Shown: in pieces, positions 51,591 to 64,000 of the stretch
Numbering within the stretch: the stretch's first letter is position 1
Layout of the letters: each line of letters opens with the position of its first letter
Program-made: the position numbers and the translations under genes
Assembly: GCA_013239625.1 (NCBI GenBank)
Contig: MU054323.1
Span: 19,486,819-19,550,818, forward strand
Length of the DNA stretch: 64,000 nucleotides
Source: Lama guanicoe
Taxonomy: Eukaryota
Direction: 5' to 3'
The notes under the pieces: model-generated
What the model saw: the letters and a program-made list of their open reading frames with translations, nothing else
Told to the model about the DNA's origin: nothing
The model's database searches: none

Positions 51591-53739
51591 TTCAAATGAT
51601 AATGACTTTGATGTAAAAAATAATTATGGAAGAATTGAGAACTGGACTAAGTGACTCAGAGATTGTCTCCTTGTATCTTGTGATACTGTCATCCCAACAC
51701 ACAGCCTTCCCAGAAAGGGAAGGTGAATGTAGAAGATTACACAGCGGGTTTTAGGACCAGGCCTACAAGTAGCACACCGCGCTTCCAACCATATTTCACT
51801 GAACAAAACCCCAAACCAAATGCAAGGGATAATGGGAAAAGCAAACTTTCTGTGCACCTAGGAAAAGCAAATGGGCTTAATAATATCTAGCAAGTCTCTA
51901 ACACAAAGAAAAAAGTTAACATATACAATGGTAAGGTTCTCAGACTTCCTTCTATAACTTCTAAAGGTTCAAATGGTTATCTCAGAATTCATGTATAAGT
52001 ATACATTTTCGTAGCTTTATGAAGAAAGCTCATGAGCAGCTGGCACCAAAAAAAAAAAAAAACGCCTTTACCACTGATATTCTGAGAGATAAACCTCTGA
52101 ATCTGTGTCTTCATCTCACCCAGGAAGAAGGTTTTTAAAAGCCGACGAAGATAAAGTTCTGGATACACCAAACTTGCCTAACACCAAGCCAAGCCCAACC
52201 ACACACAGAGAACCACCACCTCACTCTCAGCTCCCATTCTACGGTTAAATTTGGAGAACAGCACTCTGTATGTCCAACTACGCTGCTGAGTTCTAGGTCA
52301 ACAGGAACATTCTAGGAAAAAAAACTAAAATATGGGTAGACTCTATGATGTCCTCCCAGTCACTTAACAGAAAGAAAAAAGTACCAGATGGCGACAGCAC
52401 GACAGCCAACAGGACTATAAACGGTAGGCACAGAACAGCCTTGAATTTCTACCCTTGGGCCTCCTTTCAGATTCTGAGTATCTTTGGTGCTGGTGCCCAA
52501 ACCAGCTACACTGCTTCGTGGAGAATGGAATTAAGTAGCTAATTACAACTTTTATAACAAAATGTGCGATGCCATAAAGGATACACTGCCTCTTCAAGTG
52601 ATGAGTGCCCCCTCACTAGGAGGGTTCCAACGGAGAGTATGGCTGTCTGATGGAATGCCATAAAGGCTCCATTATTGAATATAAGTCCTAAGTGACATCC
52701 ACGTACCAACCAATGCTCAGATCTCAGGATTTCATTGCACTTAAATCTCTCTGCTATCAAAAACAAAAAAAAAACCAACAGTGATTATTTACCAAGCCAC
52801 ACCTCCAGCTCTGTGCCATGAGTGTCCTTGGTTTAACAATTATGCAGGAAAGGCAAAAAAACAAAAACAGAAAAATGGGTCTTAAACCACAACCTAAGTC
52901 AGTGCTTTGTTTCTCTTTCTTCAAGTAGATTGTTTTACTAGCCACCAGTTTCTTATAACAAACAAACCCAGAATATTCCATTTATGTCATTTTTAACTTA
53001 AAATCTCATTCAGTTGTGCCACCTAAGGGGATAGCAGTGGTAATTTACAAAGAGAAATGGATAGAAAGTGAAAGTATTGTAGCCGTACTTCCAGAGGTAT
53101 GAGTATCAAAAATTATGCTTAAAGATCCACAATTACTGATTTTTAAAAATCTGGGTATATGATTATACAAAAATCATATGGTATACATACATACATAGTT
53201 ACTCAGAAGACCACAGGTCGAATCATCAGGCTTTTGATGGTTAAAAGTAGAAATGATAGAATACCCTGATCTCAAATAAAAAGACTAGCAACCTCAGAAG
53301 GCTAAGGACTAGTTCTCGTTAGCATCATTGGAGTTAATAATTCAGGAGGGAAAAAAACAGCCATGACCGTAAATTAAACTTGGTGTTTCTTGCTGACTAA
53401 ACTCTGCATGTTGCTGTTTAAAATGCTTATTTCTTATCTAGCAAAACATCTGCTTTTTGATGCTAAAAGCAGGATCCTGAGGGAAGTAGTGATCTTTCCC
53501 AAGGCAACTTGATTAATAGTAGGCTTCCAAATTTTAGCTAAAAGACATTTTGATGAAGCCAGCAGTACTGAATAACGGCTTCCACAAATAATCTTGATAT
53601 ATGTTTCCTTTCTCTCCAAGATTTTAGACAGTGGGAGTCTGAGATGCACTGTTTTTCTTCTGCACAGAATTAACCCACAAGTCAGTGCTGTTCACTGACC
53701 GCCCACACACCTGGGCCGTGTGCGGCAAAACATCTTTGC

Positions 53740-53774
53740 TCACTGGTTTCTAGGAGTTCGGGACGAGAAATCAT
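53740..53774 (-). CDS. Putative coding part of the distal terminal exon of an unidentified minus-strand gene: (D)DFSSRTPRNQ* if entered in phase 1
   Basis: Minus-strand acceptor ttttttatttctccacgttcag|ATGATTTC, TGA at 53742-53740, followed by a long repeat-poor 3'UTR-like tract ending at a poly(A) signal. The phase is inferred because no upstream exon was identified. Confidence 0.5.
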
Positions 53775-54599
53775 CTGAACGTGGAGAAATAAAAAACAAA
53801 TTGGCACAACATTTAAAGCAAGGACAAAAATGTTTATTCCAAGGAGTTCATTTTATTGCAATAAAGTGGAAATGCAGGAATAAACCTGTACTCGCAAATA
53901 TACAGAGGTGGGCAGTTGAGAGCAGCACAAAATATAAAAAGCATTGTTGGTAGCGAATAATCTTTATGCAAGGTGAGGAAACACTCCAAGGACAAAGCAA
54001 GGTTTTTTAAAATATGGTAAATCTGACGGTAGCTTGAAAACATAAAATAAGCCCTTAGAACACATCAGAGGAGGTAAGGGCAGGAAAGAGAAATGAAGAG
54101 AAGAAAAGGAAATACAGGAGAGGGGGAAAGGAGACAGAAAGTTTGTTGAATTAGGAATTACAAGACCTGAATTCATGTCCCTGACTCCTCCTGGCCATGT
54201 GATCTTGAGCAATTCTCATCACCATCATCACAGCTGTAACTTACCGAGAACTTACAATGATCTCAGCCCTTTACACAGAGAATAGATTGTCTCCTTTAAT
54301 CCTCACAGCAATTTAACAAGCAAGATCTTATTATCCTCTCTTTATAGATGGAGAAACAGATTAAAACTTAATCATCCCAAGGTTTTACAACTAGTAGGTA
54401 TCAGAACCAAGGGTTTCCCCAGGTTTAAAAGCCTGTGTATAATTTGAAACCCATCCTTTCCACGATGGCGGGGCACCTCCTAAATGTAACCTCTCAGAAC
54501 CTCAGTCTCTTCATCTGGAAAGGGGTTATTAGAATTCCTTCTATAGTCACATGAGAATGTGTAACTGCGGTCTTTTGCCACAGTAACTTAACTTGTTAT

Positions 54600-54975
54600 T
54601 TCTCCTGGGTCCATGAGAAGGCTAGGCAGTCTGCTGCTCTTGGCTGAACTCGATGGGACAGTTTTACTGGTCTGAACATGTGCCTGGTGGTCAGTGGGTT
54701 GCTGGCTGATGTAGCATGACATCCCTGGGACAGCTAACTCTGCTCCATGTGGCCTCTCACCTCCAATAGGCAAGCCCAGGTTTGTTCCCATTACAGAGGC
54801 AGAGAAAGCATGCAAGTCCTCTTGGGTCCTAGGGCCAGAACTGGCACAACATCAGTTAGCTCCATAAATCACAAGACCAGCCTAGATTCAAGGGCTGGGG
54901 GAAAAGACTCCAAAATCACACTTCAAAGGGCATGTATACATGGAAGAGTGAAGATATAGGGCCATTTTGCAATTA
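54600..54975 (-). mobile_element. MaLR LTR (MLT1-like)
   Basis: ctctgctccatgtggcctctcacctcc...agcctagattcaagg...ggccattttgcaat. Confidence 0.6.
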
Positions 54976-55658
54976 CTCCCTCATTGGATGTATGTAAATA
55001 TGCGTTATAAACTGTAAACGCCCACATCACTGGCTCCCAGTCTAAAACCTATTCTTCTTGAAAAGCACCAGTCACTGCCACCAATCCAAGGACAACTGGT
55101 TTTCAAAGCTGTCATCTCTTCCAGCTGAGCTAAACAAAACCATGTAATGGGAACCAGTGTATCAGGTTTTTCTTATACTCACTGAATTCATGTAAAATTT
55201 TCCCCCATACCCTTACCCTAAGATTCCATCCACACTTACATTCTATTAAATTAGGAATTTCTCCCAGAATTAAAAATCCAGGAAAATAATTTCCAGGCTT
55301 GGTGTCATTTATTCTTGGCCTTTCTGAAATTGTACATTCCATCATTTTTGTTATTGGAGTATTATGCTTTCTTCCTAAAGCAAAATCTCAAATGTTAGAT
55401 CCCAAATTCATAGTTAAAATGCTTTAGAACCACACTCTTTACGTACCTAAGGGACATAGTCTGGCACTGGGATTCATAGTAAGCCATGAAATTTGCTGTG
55501 ATTTGGACAAAAAGCTGTTGTAACTGCAGACTCCAAAGATTATCTCTTTTCTGTCTCAGAAATATTTATCTATATTTTTTAAGTCCCCCCATGAACCACA
55601 TCCAGATGAGCCTGCAAGACGATGTTCACCTTTATCCCATCATGTAACCTCTCTATGC

Positions 55659-55841
55659 CAGTGGTTCTTAGCCCTGGATGGCTGCACATCAGAATCACCT
55701 GGGGACCTTTTAAAAAATCCCCATGTCCCAGTCACACCAAAGGACAATCAAATCAGAATCAGTGGGGAAGAGACACAAGCTCCAGCATTTTTTCCAAACT
55801 TCCCATATGATTCCAACGTACCCCAAAACTGAGAACCACTG
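55659..55841. mobile_element. MER5A hAT-Charlie MITE with terminal inverted repeats
   Basis: Begins CAGTGGTTCT and ends AGAACCACTG; internal catcagaatcacctgggg. Confidence 0.85.
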
Positions 55842-56366
55842 CATGGGGCCCTTACCTTCCCTGCCTATGAATGGAAAGCTTTGTACTAGATTTCAATTTG
55901 TACTAGGTTGTAATTCTATTTCTTTCTTTGAATTGCTAGCAAAATAGCTTGGCTATTTCTGATTCAACCATTTTGAAACAGCGTAGAGTAGAAAGAAGCT
56001 TTGGAGTCCCAGCTGCAGTTAAACCCTTGGTCAGTTACTTACTGGGTACATGACTTGGAACAAATTATTTAACCTCCTTAGCTTCTCTGAGCTTTGATTT
56101 CCGCCTAAGGTGAATGGTATTAAGATTAAGTGAGATTAAGTCTATAAAAATGCCCCCGTAGTAGGCAATCGACAAATATCCACTTCTTTTCCCCTTTGCC
56201 TTAGGATGCTTGAACAAGCTGCCCAGCATCCCCAGGTGGTCTGCTGTTGACCACTGGTGCAAAAGGAAAGGACGAGACTCAATGTGAATTACATGGGTCT
56301 ATACACGATGATGGGGTCCAGTTATCTGTCCTTCACATGCATCCAAAAATCCTGCTGCTACTTCTC

Positions 56367-56430
56367 CTGGGACGTTGTGCTTTACACTAGGAATTGAAAC
56401 ATTGTAACTGACTGTACTTCAAGTTTTTAA
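56367..56430 (+). mobile_element. Extremely truncated (~60 bp) L1 3' tip with TSD
   Basis: tgtgctttacactaggaattgaaacattgtaactgactgtacttcaa; flanks aaaaatcctgctgcta / aaaaatattgctgcta. Confidence 0.65.
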
Positions 56431-56546
56431 AAAAATATTGCTGCTAATTCTCTTGGAGTGAAATATTATGTATCTGCTTGCTAGGGCCTGCTCCACAGTG
56501 GGTCTAAATGTCATTTCCTCTGTCCAAACACATCATTGATGGGGTC

Positions 56547-56552
56547 TTTATT
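56547..56552 (-). terminator. Proximal polyadenylation signal AATAAA
   Basis: TTTATT on + strand, downstream of the 56792-56740 exon candidate. Confidence 0.35.
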
Positions 56553-56739
56553 TTTTTTCCTCCATCAGCCCAGCAGGCCTGATGCAGACGAAGTTTCAGG
56601 AAAAGACCACAGAGGAAAGCACGGCCAAGGACTCGCCAGCCTTCCTCTGCAGCAGACCAGCTCGCCACAAAAGCAAACAACTGAAAATGACTGCAGAGGA
56701 AGGCAGTTTCGCCACTGCAGCCACAGAGCAGCAAAATCA

Positions 56740-56792
56740 TCACCGGGTAGTAAAATTGTTTTCTTTGCTAATCGTAAGTCTCTTGGACAGGT
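56740..56792 (-). CDS. Putative coding part of a proximal alternative terminal exon: (D)LSKRLTISKENNFTTR** if entered in phase 1
   Basis: Minus-strand acceptor gtttatttgcag|ACCTG with an upstream tttaac branch-like motif, tandem TGA TGA stops, and AATAAA about 190 nt downstream at 56552-56547. Confidence 0.4.
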
Positions 56793-56893
56793 CTGCAAAT
56801 AAACTTCTCCACAAAGAAGTATCGTTAAATCTCCATTGTTTTTTTAAGAAGCCTGGCGCCACAAAACAAATGAGCCCTTTTTCTCCTTCTTCT

Positions 56894-56895
<2 letters not shown>

Positions 56896-56926
<31 letters not shown>
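56896..56926. repeat. T31 homopolymer preceded by (TTC)n
   Basis: Directly visible. Confidence 0.95.
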
Positions 56927-56932
<6 letters not shown>

Positions 56933-57043
56933 AGAGATGCATTTAGATTTTTCCAAAATGCATTTTTAAATGATTAAACCTATTTTCTTGGTTCTGACTC
57001 ATTTTCCAATTACAGAAAATCTGTATAAATGAAGATTGAGTGT

Positions 57044-57170
57044 GGGGGTGGGTATAGCTCAGTGGTAAAGTGCATGTTTAGCATGAATGAGGTCCTAGGT
57101 TCAATCCCCAGTACCTCCATTTAAAAAAAAAAAACTGGTTTGTGTTTAAAAAAACACAAGTAAAAACAAA
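57044..57170 (+). mobile_element. tRNA-Ala-derived SINE (vic-1 type)
   Basis: gggtatagctcagtggtaaagtgcatgtttagcatgaatgaggtcctaggttcaatccccagtacctcca plus an A tail; degenerate TSD (aaatgaagattgagtg / aaatagaaaattgagtg). Confidence 0.85.
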
Positions 57171-57704
57171 AGAAATAGAAAATTGAGTGAATAGAAGGAA
57201 AGCAGAAATTGTAAGCACATTATTGATCAATTGTATGTCACCAAATGCCATACATTTAAATCATCATTTCAGAATGACCAATCTCTGTGGAAATCTGTCT
57301 GCCCTCAGCAGCCCCTCAACCTGCAATTTAGGACAGGTCATGAATCCCCCATCCTCAACCTGATTCAGACAAGCTGCGCTAAATGCTAGCAGACAAAGCC
57401 TGCACACCATTGTGGTGATTAATTATGTGTTGGCACTCACAGCTTTCCTCATCTTCATTTTGTTTCTTATTAAAGTCAAAGTTTTTTTTTTTAATTAGTA
57501 TGCTTAGGCTCCATGACATAGGGAACACCTAGCCAATATTTAAACCTGTGCAAAATGAGATGGTATTGATCATAAATATTGAGTTGTCAGTGAATGTTGT
57601 GTCTCTACTTGATCTTACAGCTCAGGGAAATTGATGCTTATCACTCCTTAAATCTTCCATACCCATTTTTGGATGCATTTACTAAATGTCTCCACCTTCT
57701 GGGT

Positions 57705-57921
57705 CAGAGGTCTACAACCTCCAGCCCATGGGCCAAATCAGGCCCACCCTGTTTTTGTAAATAGTGATCATTTATATAGTGATCATACCCACTCATCTGC
57801 GTAGTACTTGTGGGTCCCTTCCCCTCACAAAGGCAGAGTTGAGTAGTTACCACAGACACCAGTCTGAAAAGCCCAAAATATTTACCATCTGACCTTCTAC
57901 AGAAGAAGTTTGCCAAGTCCG
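57705..57921. mobile_element. MER58-like hAT-Charlie element
   Basis: cagcccatgggccaaatcaggcccacc...aaaatatttaccatctgaccttctacagaagaagtttgcc. Confidence 0.8.
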
Positions 57922-59299
57922 ATTCTAGACTCCATACTTCCTAAGAACAAGGACTTGGCTATAAACTCAGTGACTTCCACATAGTAAGTGTTCAATGAAC
58001 ATTCACTGCATAAATAAATTATGTTTAATAAGTTTATCATCTCAGCCACAAAGCTACTTTTCAGGTACAGGTCTTCAGAAAGAGGAAAAGCAGATGTTTA
58101 TGCCTTATTTACAGATTTTTTTTAAAAGGGGGAGATCCTAAATATGAACAAAGCCCTAATTTTTCAGCTGAGGAAAGTGAGGTCCAGAAAGCTGACGTGA
58201 GTCCCCCAAGGTTAGCCCAAAGAGAGGCGAGAACTACTCAGGCAGCACATTCATTTTTGCTCTAATTAATAAGGCGCTCTGTGAAGTCAGCCTGTTCCCA
58301 GGAGGGCCAAGGGTTTGAACTCAACATGCATGCAATAATAATTACACTTGTTTGGAACTTTCAATTCTGACTTATTCCCTGAAGTTCTTTAAATGCTCAC
58401 TGCCCCAATACATTTCCATAAATTTGGTTCAGGAATGCTACACATGCATGAAAGGACCCAAAGTACAGCTTTACAACAAACTTGGTTAATTAAACTGATG
58501 CCCAGAGAAAGTTCCAGTGCCCACTGAGTGATTACCCCTGCACCACTTCATTGTTTTGACAAAAATTTTTCCAGATCCGATATCTGGAAAAAAGTACTGG
58601 TTTGAATTTTAGGCATCCAACTACTCCCTGAAGGGCAAGAGAAAGAATAATCTAATTCTGCCAAGTCACACTAAAAAGTAGATAAGGATTGCCCAGCACA
58701 GCTCAATCTCTCTGTCTCTTGTTAGTATTGGCTGAAAAAGAGATGCTGGGTGGTTTGGTGCCTCCAAGGAACTTAGGCAATTTTTCTTATATCATCATTT
58801 ATTTTTTCCTCCTGAGATTCTTTGTAATTCAGCCCCATAAAGGAAGGATCAGAGGCAAAAATAAATCAGGGAACAGAAACACATTAGGTCTAAAAGGCTT
58901 GGGACCCACAGTCACAGCTCATTTCACTTACTTGGCAACCATCGATTTGACCCCTAGTCTGCCAAGCGCTGTGATGGGTATTGGGAGAAACAAAAAGGCA
59001 TTTGACACAGTCCTTGGGCCCCAGGAAGAGGGACATTTCATATGGGAGAGACAAGGAGAGGATTATAGCGTCATGCAGTGGGTCCTGTGGGTCCATGAGG
59101 TAAGCCCAGGGTGCACCGAAGGACACTGAGGGACACCAAGGTCAGACTACCCCAATGGTCACGTCGAGAGTTAGCCAAATGAAATAAAGGGAGGGGAGGA
59201 CAAACTCCACAAACGTGAAGATATAAGTCAAAAACAAGGAAGTAAGAGAGAACAGAACAAATTTAAGGAAGTAGAAACAGTCTAGTATGTCTGGAGCCT

Positions 59300-59392
59300 C
59301 ATAACTCAGTGGTAGAGTGTATGCTTAGCAAGTGTGGGGTCTTGGATTCAATTTCCAGTACCTGTACTAAAAAAAATTTTTTTTTCTTTTTA
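59300..59392 (+). mobile_element. Degenerate tRNA-derived SINE
   Basis: ataactcagtggtagagtgtatgcttagc...ttcaatttccagtacct followed by A/T runs. Confidence 0.7.
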
Positions 59393-60779
59393 AAATGAGT
59401 CTCCAGGGGGAAGTGAGCCTGGAACAGCAGGCATGGACCTTTAAGCTTTGAAAATGTACACTCTACAAAGAGCATCTGCTCCAAGCCCAGAACGTCCTGG
59501 GTGCTGGGCTAGGCACCAAGACACGCCTTTCAGGTTAAAAAAGGTAAACTCAAGGTTAGTCTTCCATAGAGCAGGGAACTCAGTGGCCTTCTGGCTCTAA
59601 TCTTCCATCCAATCTTATTCCAATATCCTAAACAGAAGATCGTCTGCTCTGGTTTGAGTGGTTTGAACACTTCCAGCGACATGGGACTTACTGTCTTAGA
59701 AAGCAGCTTATAAGAAAGGTTTCTGACATAATGTCGAATTGGAAACTGCCTTCTTATAATGTCTTCCTGACTTTTCCCTAAAGAAAGGCTCAAATCACAG
59801 TAAGCAGAGCCCAAGATTAGCTTTAGAATGTCATATGGTCTTAACCTGATTAACACAGGGTTCAATCAATATCCCACCCACCATGTTCCAAGATGCAGTT
59901 TATTTCTATCTCCGCAAGAAACCCAGGCCACACCAGGATCAAAGGTCTTCTGAATCAGGGCACATTTCCAAGGGGGATTGGGCATCTGAACCCTGAATAG
60001 ACCCTAGGAACAAAGAAGGCCAGGGGGACAAAACAAAACAAAAAACCAACCAAACAGATCCTGAACCAAGCAAAACACGGAAGCCAAAGCACATAGCTCC
60101 ATGGGTGGGTAGGAGCTAAAGAGAGACAGCCAGTCAGGCAGACGAGTCCTGGAGAAAGCACAGGTATGTCGCAGTGGTTCAGCTGCATGGCTCAGACTCA
60201 CAAGGTATAAGGGAAGCCTGTTCAATATGACAGCGACCACCATAAAGGCACTTTAACCTAAGTACAAGAAAGGAACAGGTGCAATCCCCAAGTTGGAAAA
60301 GATGTTACTCAGTTACAGAAAGAAGGCAGAATTCCTCAAATCCTGTTTGGCTTTCCTCTTTGCTGCTAAGAAAATGATGCTGCCTCTGCAGAGTAGAACA
60401 CATATCACTAATAAAGAATGGAAGCCAGGGATGGATAAGAAGACAGTGAGATCCCATAAGGGTGACTTTACATTTGTTCAAGACCCTGACCCAGATTGAT
60501 TGATTCCAAGATACCAAGAGAAACTGCAAGTGTTATCAGAGCCCCAGAGCTGCAAATCTGTGCAAAACCATGGACAATGAGAGTAGAGTCAAAGGCTGAA
60601 GCTAAGCAAATACCATCTCAGTTACCAAAAAGAGAAGTAGCTGGATTCTGTGAAAATGTGAAATTATAGACAGAGAAGCCATATTACTAACAAATAAATG
60701 GGAGAAGCTTAGAACCAAGTAGTAAAGGAGAAAGGGACAAGGAGCCATGACTAAACATACAATAAGCAATTAATAATGA

Positions 60780-60990
60780 GAGAGGCAAATGCAAGACTGA
60801 TGACAGCAAACTGTGCTCACCATGCCAGGCACAGTTCCTAGCACTTAATCCTCAGACCAATCATAAGAGGTAGATGCAATAATTACCCCACTTCACAGAT
60901 GAGAAAACCAAGGCACCCACTTCATGTAATTTGCCCAAAATTGCACAGCTAGTAACTGGCAGAACCAGGATTTGACCCACCATCAGTGCT
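60780..60990 (-). mobile_element. MIR SINE
   Basis: acagatgagaaaaccaaggcac...aatttgcccaaaattgcacagctagtaactggcagaaccaggatttga. Confidence 0.75.
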
Positions 60991-61859
60991 GCTTCTCCAA
61001 GGAATTCAGAGGTTGGTAGGGAGGTGACCTTTGAGGAAGAGGCAGAAATTGGACAAAGTTGAAGGATTCATATAAATTGGAGGGTCAGATTGAGGTGGGA
61101 ATTGGTGAGGCACATGGAGACCATGAAGAGGATCCTCATTGGAGCTCAGGGGGCAGGATGAGGACAGAGAAAAACATGGTGGCAAGCATGAGGCTAGATT
61201 CAGAGCACCTTAAACAGGATGAAGAGGAGACTGGCTCTCAGTTCCACTCTCAGTGCTTTACCATTTCATGCAAGCCTTTCAAATTTTCTCTCTGCTCCCA
61301 AGATTTCCCTTCTTATCCTATTAAAGGCATTTTTGGTTGTAAGCAATATAAATCTCTTCAAACATGCACATGCAAAAAGAAAATGCGTGGAAAGGGGAAT
61401 TTTATTGGGAAAAATCCAAGATCAGGAAGAACAATCAAGCCTCATCAGGACCTTGAACCCAAGACTCTATGTCAACAGATGAAACCTGAGTGAACTTTCA
61501 GCTGGAATTGCTGATGTAAACAGCTACCTATAAGAGGGTGATAATGAGGAAAGCTCCAGTTACACGTATGTATCTTGCCTCCCCATGTAGACAAGTATTT
61601 CTAACTTCTTTGAACATGAAACACAGTAAGAAATACATTTTGCATCAAGACCAAGTCTATACACAATCCTAAGCAGCATATTATCTCCTTGGATAATACA
61701 TTTGGCCCAGAACACCTGTTGGCTGAATGGCTGATACGTTGATTGGTGGCTATGCTGCTTTCCTAGCATCTTAGAATAAAATAATCATAAAGACTCAGAT
61801 AAAATAAACTGTAGAGATTATCTTGTCCAATGACTTTCGACGTTATTTTAGTAAGTGAT

Positions 61860-62035
61860 TTTTTTAATTCTTATGTTTTTATTAAAGTGTAGTCAATTTA
61901 CAAGTGATTCAGTTATACATATATACAGTTTTTTTCAGATTCCTTTTTATTACAACTCATTACAAGAGATTAAATATAGCTCCCTGTGCTATACAGTAGG
62001 TCCTTTTTGTTTACCTATTTTATATATAGTAATAT
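61860..62035 (-). mobile_element. Young L1 3' end
   Basis: gtgattcagttatacat...aatatagctccctgtgctatacagtaggtcct. Confidence 0.8.
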
Positions 62036-63029
62036 GTAAGTGATTCTTTTTTCCAAGTGAAATCTTAATTGACTGCCAATATATATAAGGTTTGGGGCCA
62101 AAAAATTACTTACAGTATACTCAGCGCAAAGAAGAAATAACTTTTTAAAATTTTCTGTAATGGATCTGATCTTTTAAAACCCTCAGACCACCAAACCCGC
62201 CCCTCAAAGTTCAGACACCACATTGGATAGATGGGGAGAGAAATGGACAAATGGACAAATGCATTTCAATTTAGTAAACTCAGTCTCATTTTGACTGACT
62301 CAGCCTTTCTGGTTTTCTTTCCCTCCCCAGGTCCCTCTCCAAGATGGAAGTCTGGGTACAGGGAGCACACGTGGCCGTCAGGCACTGGAGGTTGGGATGC
62401 GGACGAGAGAAGTCCCCCCTCCCCACCATCACCTTGTGCTAGTTCTTGGATGTGTATTGGACTGGGCCCACATGAAATATGGTTGTTCAAACCCACAGCC
62501 CCACCCTGGGCATTCCACTGGCTTCCGCTGCTGACAGTCTACAGCAGATATAATTCACATATTATTCTTTTTCGGTCTGGTCAGGCCCGGAATCCCTCTT
62601 CTCTCTTGGCCCCACCTCAGCTCTCTGCAGGGCTCCTAAAGTTTAGCAGTGATTCTCCTACAGTCCTGACCCCAATGTCCTATCCTGCAGCCTCAGCAAC
62701 ATGGCCACCCACACCAGCTCACCCCCTCCCACTTCTGGCCAGCTTCCCAGCCAGGCTCCCTAAAGCAAGGAGCCGAATTCTTTTCTACTCAGGAGCTAAG
62801 GTCAGGCCCTCGCTTTCACCAGGTGGCCACTCCAGAACCTAAATTCTAAGGTATTTCAAAATACAATATCCATTTTACTTAAAACAGATAAAAATGAAGG
62901 CAGGATGCTCAGAGCCCCACCTGCTTGCTGGGCTCTCTCTTAACTCTACTCAGAGGCCCTAAGGGACGTTTAAGGAACCCTGGAGACTTACTGAAACACA
63001 TCTGGGAAACCACTGGTACGGTCTCGCTT

Positions 63030-63218
63030 AGGGCTCGCTAATGAAACTGTCTGCAATGATGGACACGTGTTATGTCTACACTGTTCCTTATGGCAGCCGC
63101 TAATCACGTGTGGCTATCGAGCACTTGAGATGTGGCTAGTGCAACTGAGGAACTAAAATTTTAATGTCACTAAATTTTAATTAATTTAAATAGCTACCAC
63201 ATTGGACAGTACAGCCTA
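63030..63218. mobile_element. MER3-like hAT-Charlie element
   Basis: tctgcaatgatggacac...cacgtgtggctatcgagcacttgagatgtggctagtgcaactgaggaact. Confidence 0.75.
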
Positions 63219-64000
63219 GTCCGTTCATTTTATAAATAGGTAGGAGGACCTTGAGGTGCACTATCACTCAGCAAATTTGTGTTAGATTTAGCAGGAAGAG
63301 CCAGGTCCTGTATTCTCTGACCCCTTGTTCCCACTGCTTCTCAGCCGTCACACTCAGGTCACTGTCTAGCACAGTGACTCCTGGCTGCTTCCAACTTTAA
63401 TGAAGTGGGCTGGGGCTTTGTGACAACTTGCACTGCTGTAGCATGAAACTTGGTTTGGAGCCAAACATTCTTTTTTCAAGGAGTCTGACCCCTCTAGCAC
63501 CTTCACTGTGGGGGAGTGAAGACCTGAGGAAGGCTGCTATAAAAATTTGAAAATAGTGTGATCTCAGCTATAACAACATCTGGAGAAGTGGCCCCCACGG
63601 ATCCACTATCCTTGAGTTTCTAGCAGTGCGAGTGAACTTTTTCATCAGAAAATGTGACTTCCTGAGATATCTTGATGACACAGCAAAAGAGCACAGCCTG
63701 TTGTGACAGAACATTAGGTAAGGAGACATGGGCTCAGGGAAAAGCCTTTTCTTTAACCAGCTCTACATTCTTGGACAAGGCCTTTACCTGTACTGGGCCC
63801 CAATTTCGTATTCTATAAAACATGCAGTGCAATACCTTTTCCTCCCTTCTCTCAAGGATGTTACGAAGATAAATCAGCAAAATATATGAAATGCTCCTTG
63901 TTCCAGTTCCAAACTTCTCATTATTAAACACAAAAGTCAAGTTTTCCTTAATGTAAGGTGCTAGAAGCAAGCATCCTGTATCACTTTATGCCAAAAATAT

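Larger units (their letters stand above)
50920..53739 (-). other. Putative long 3'UTR of the minus-strand gene
   Basis: About 2.8 kb that is AT-rich and almost free of old repeats (one SINE only). Minus-strand AATAAA at 50945-50940 is followed by a U-rich downstream element (cattttttt). Confidence 0.5.

Noticed and set aside
54588..54815. 75-aa minus-strand ORF between the two terminal exon candidates
   Set aside because: Lies within an MLT1-like LTR.
62231..62842. 203-aa Pro/Ser-rich ORF
   Set aside because: C-rich, partly L2-like sequence with no motif, and it would be antisense within the presumed intron.
63734..63970. 78-aa minus-strand ORF with a nearby gtaaag donor as an upstream exon of the minus-strand gene
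   Set aside because: Overlaps MIR-like sequence (ttctataaaa...aatacct...aggatgttacgaagataaat) and the peptide is not recognisable.
1..64000. CRISPR arrays, operons or other prokaryotic-type systems
   Set aside because: The sequence is clearly mammalian, with no regularly spaced repeat-spacer arrays or dense coding regions.

Overview
Mammalian, repeat-rich genomic DNA, most likely camelid: it carries several tRNA-Ala-derived SINEs of the vic-1 type and young L1 3' ends. Much of the window is decayed L1, L2, MIR, MaLR (MLT1) LTR and hAT-Charlie MER elements, and nearly all ORFs in the supplied track are noise or L1 remnants. Three non-repeat items stand out. (1) 32423-33101 (+) is a complete, intronless, CpG-rich retrocopy with a perfect 13-bp target-site duplication, AATAAA and an A-tail. 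It encodes a 120-codon protein resembling the OOEP/KHDC3L/DPPA5/KHDC1 atypical-KH family, broken by a single TAA and missed by the ORF track. It is too divergent to be a simple OOEP copy, which points to an unrecognised family member as the parent. (2) A CpG island at about 34780-35400 partly overlaps an unusually CpG-rich L2. (3) The 3' end of an unidentified minus-strand gene appears to have two alternative terminal exons (starting at 56792 and 53774, the latter with a ~2.8-kb 3'UTR). A near-perfect CTCF motif lies at 38843-38858. Repeat subfamily names and protein family assignments come from recalled consensus sequences, not from searches.
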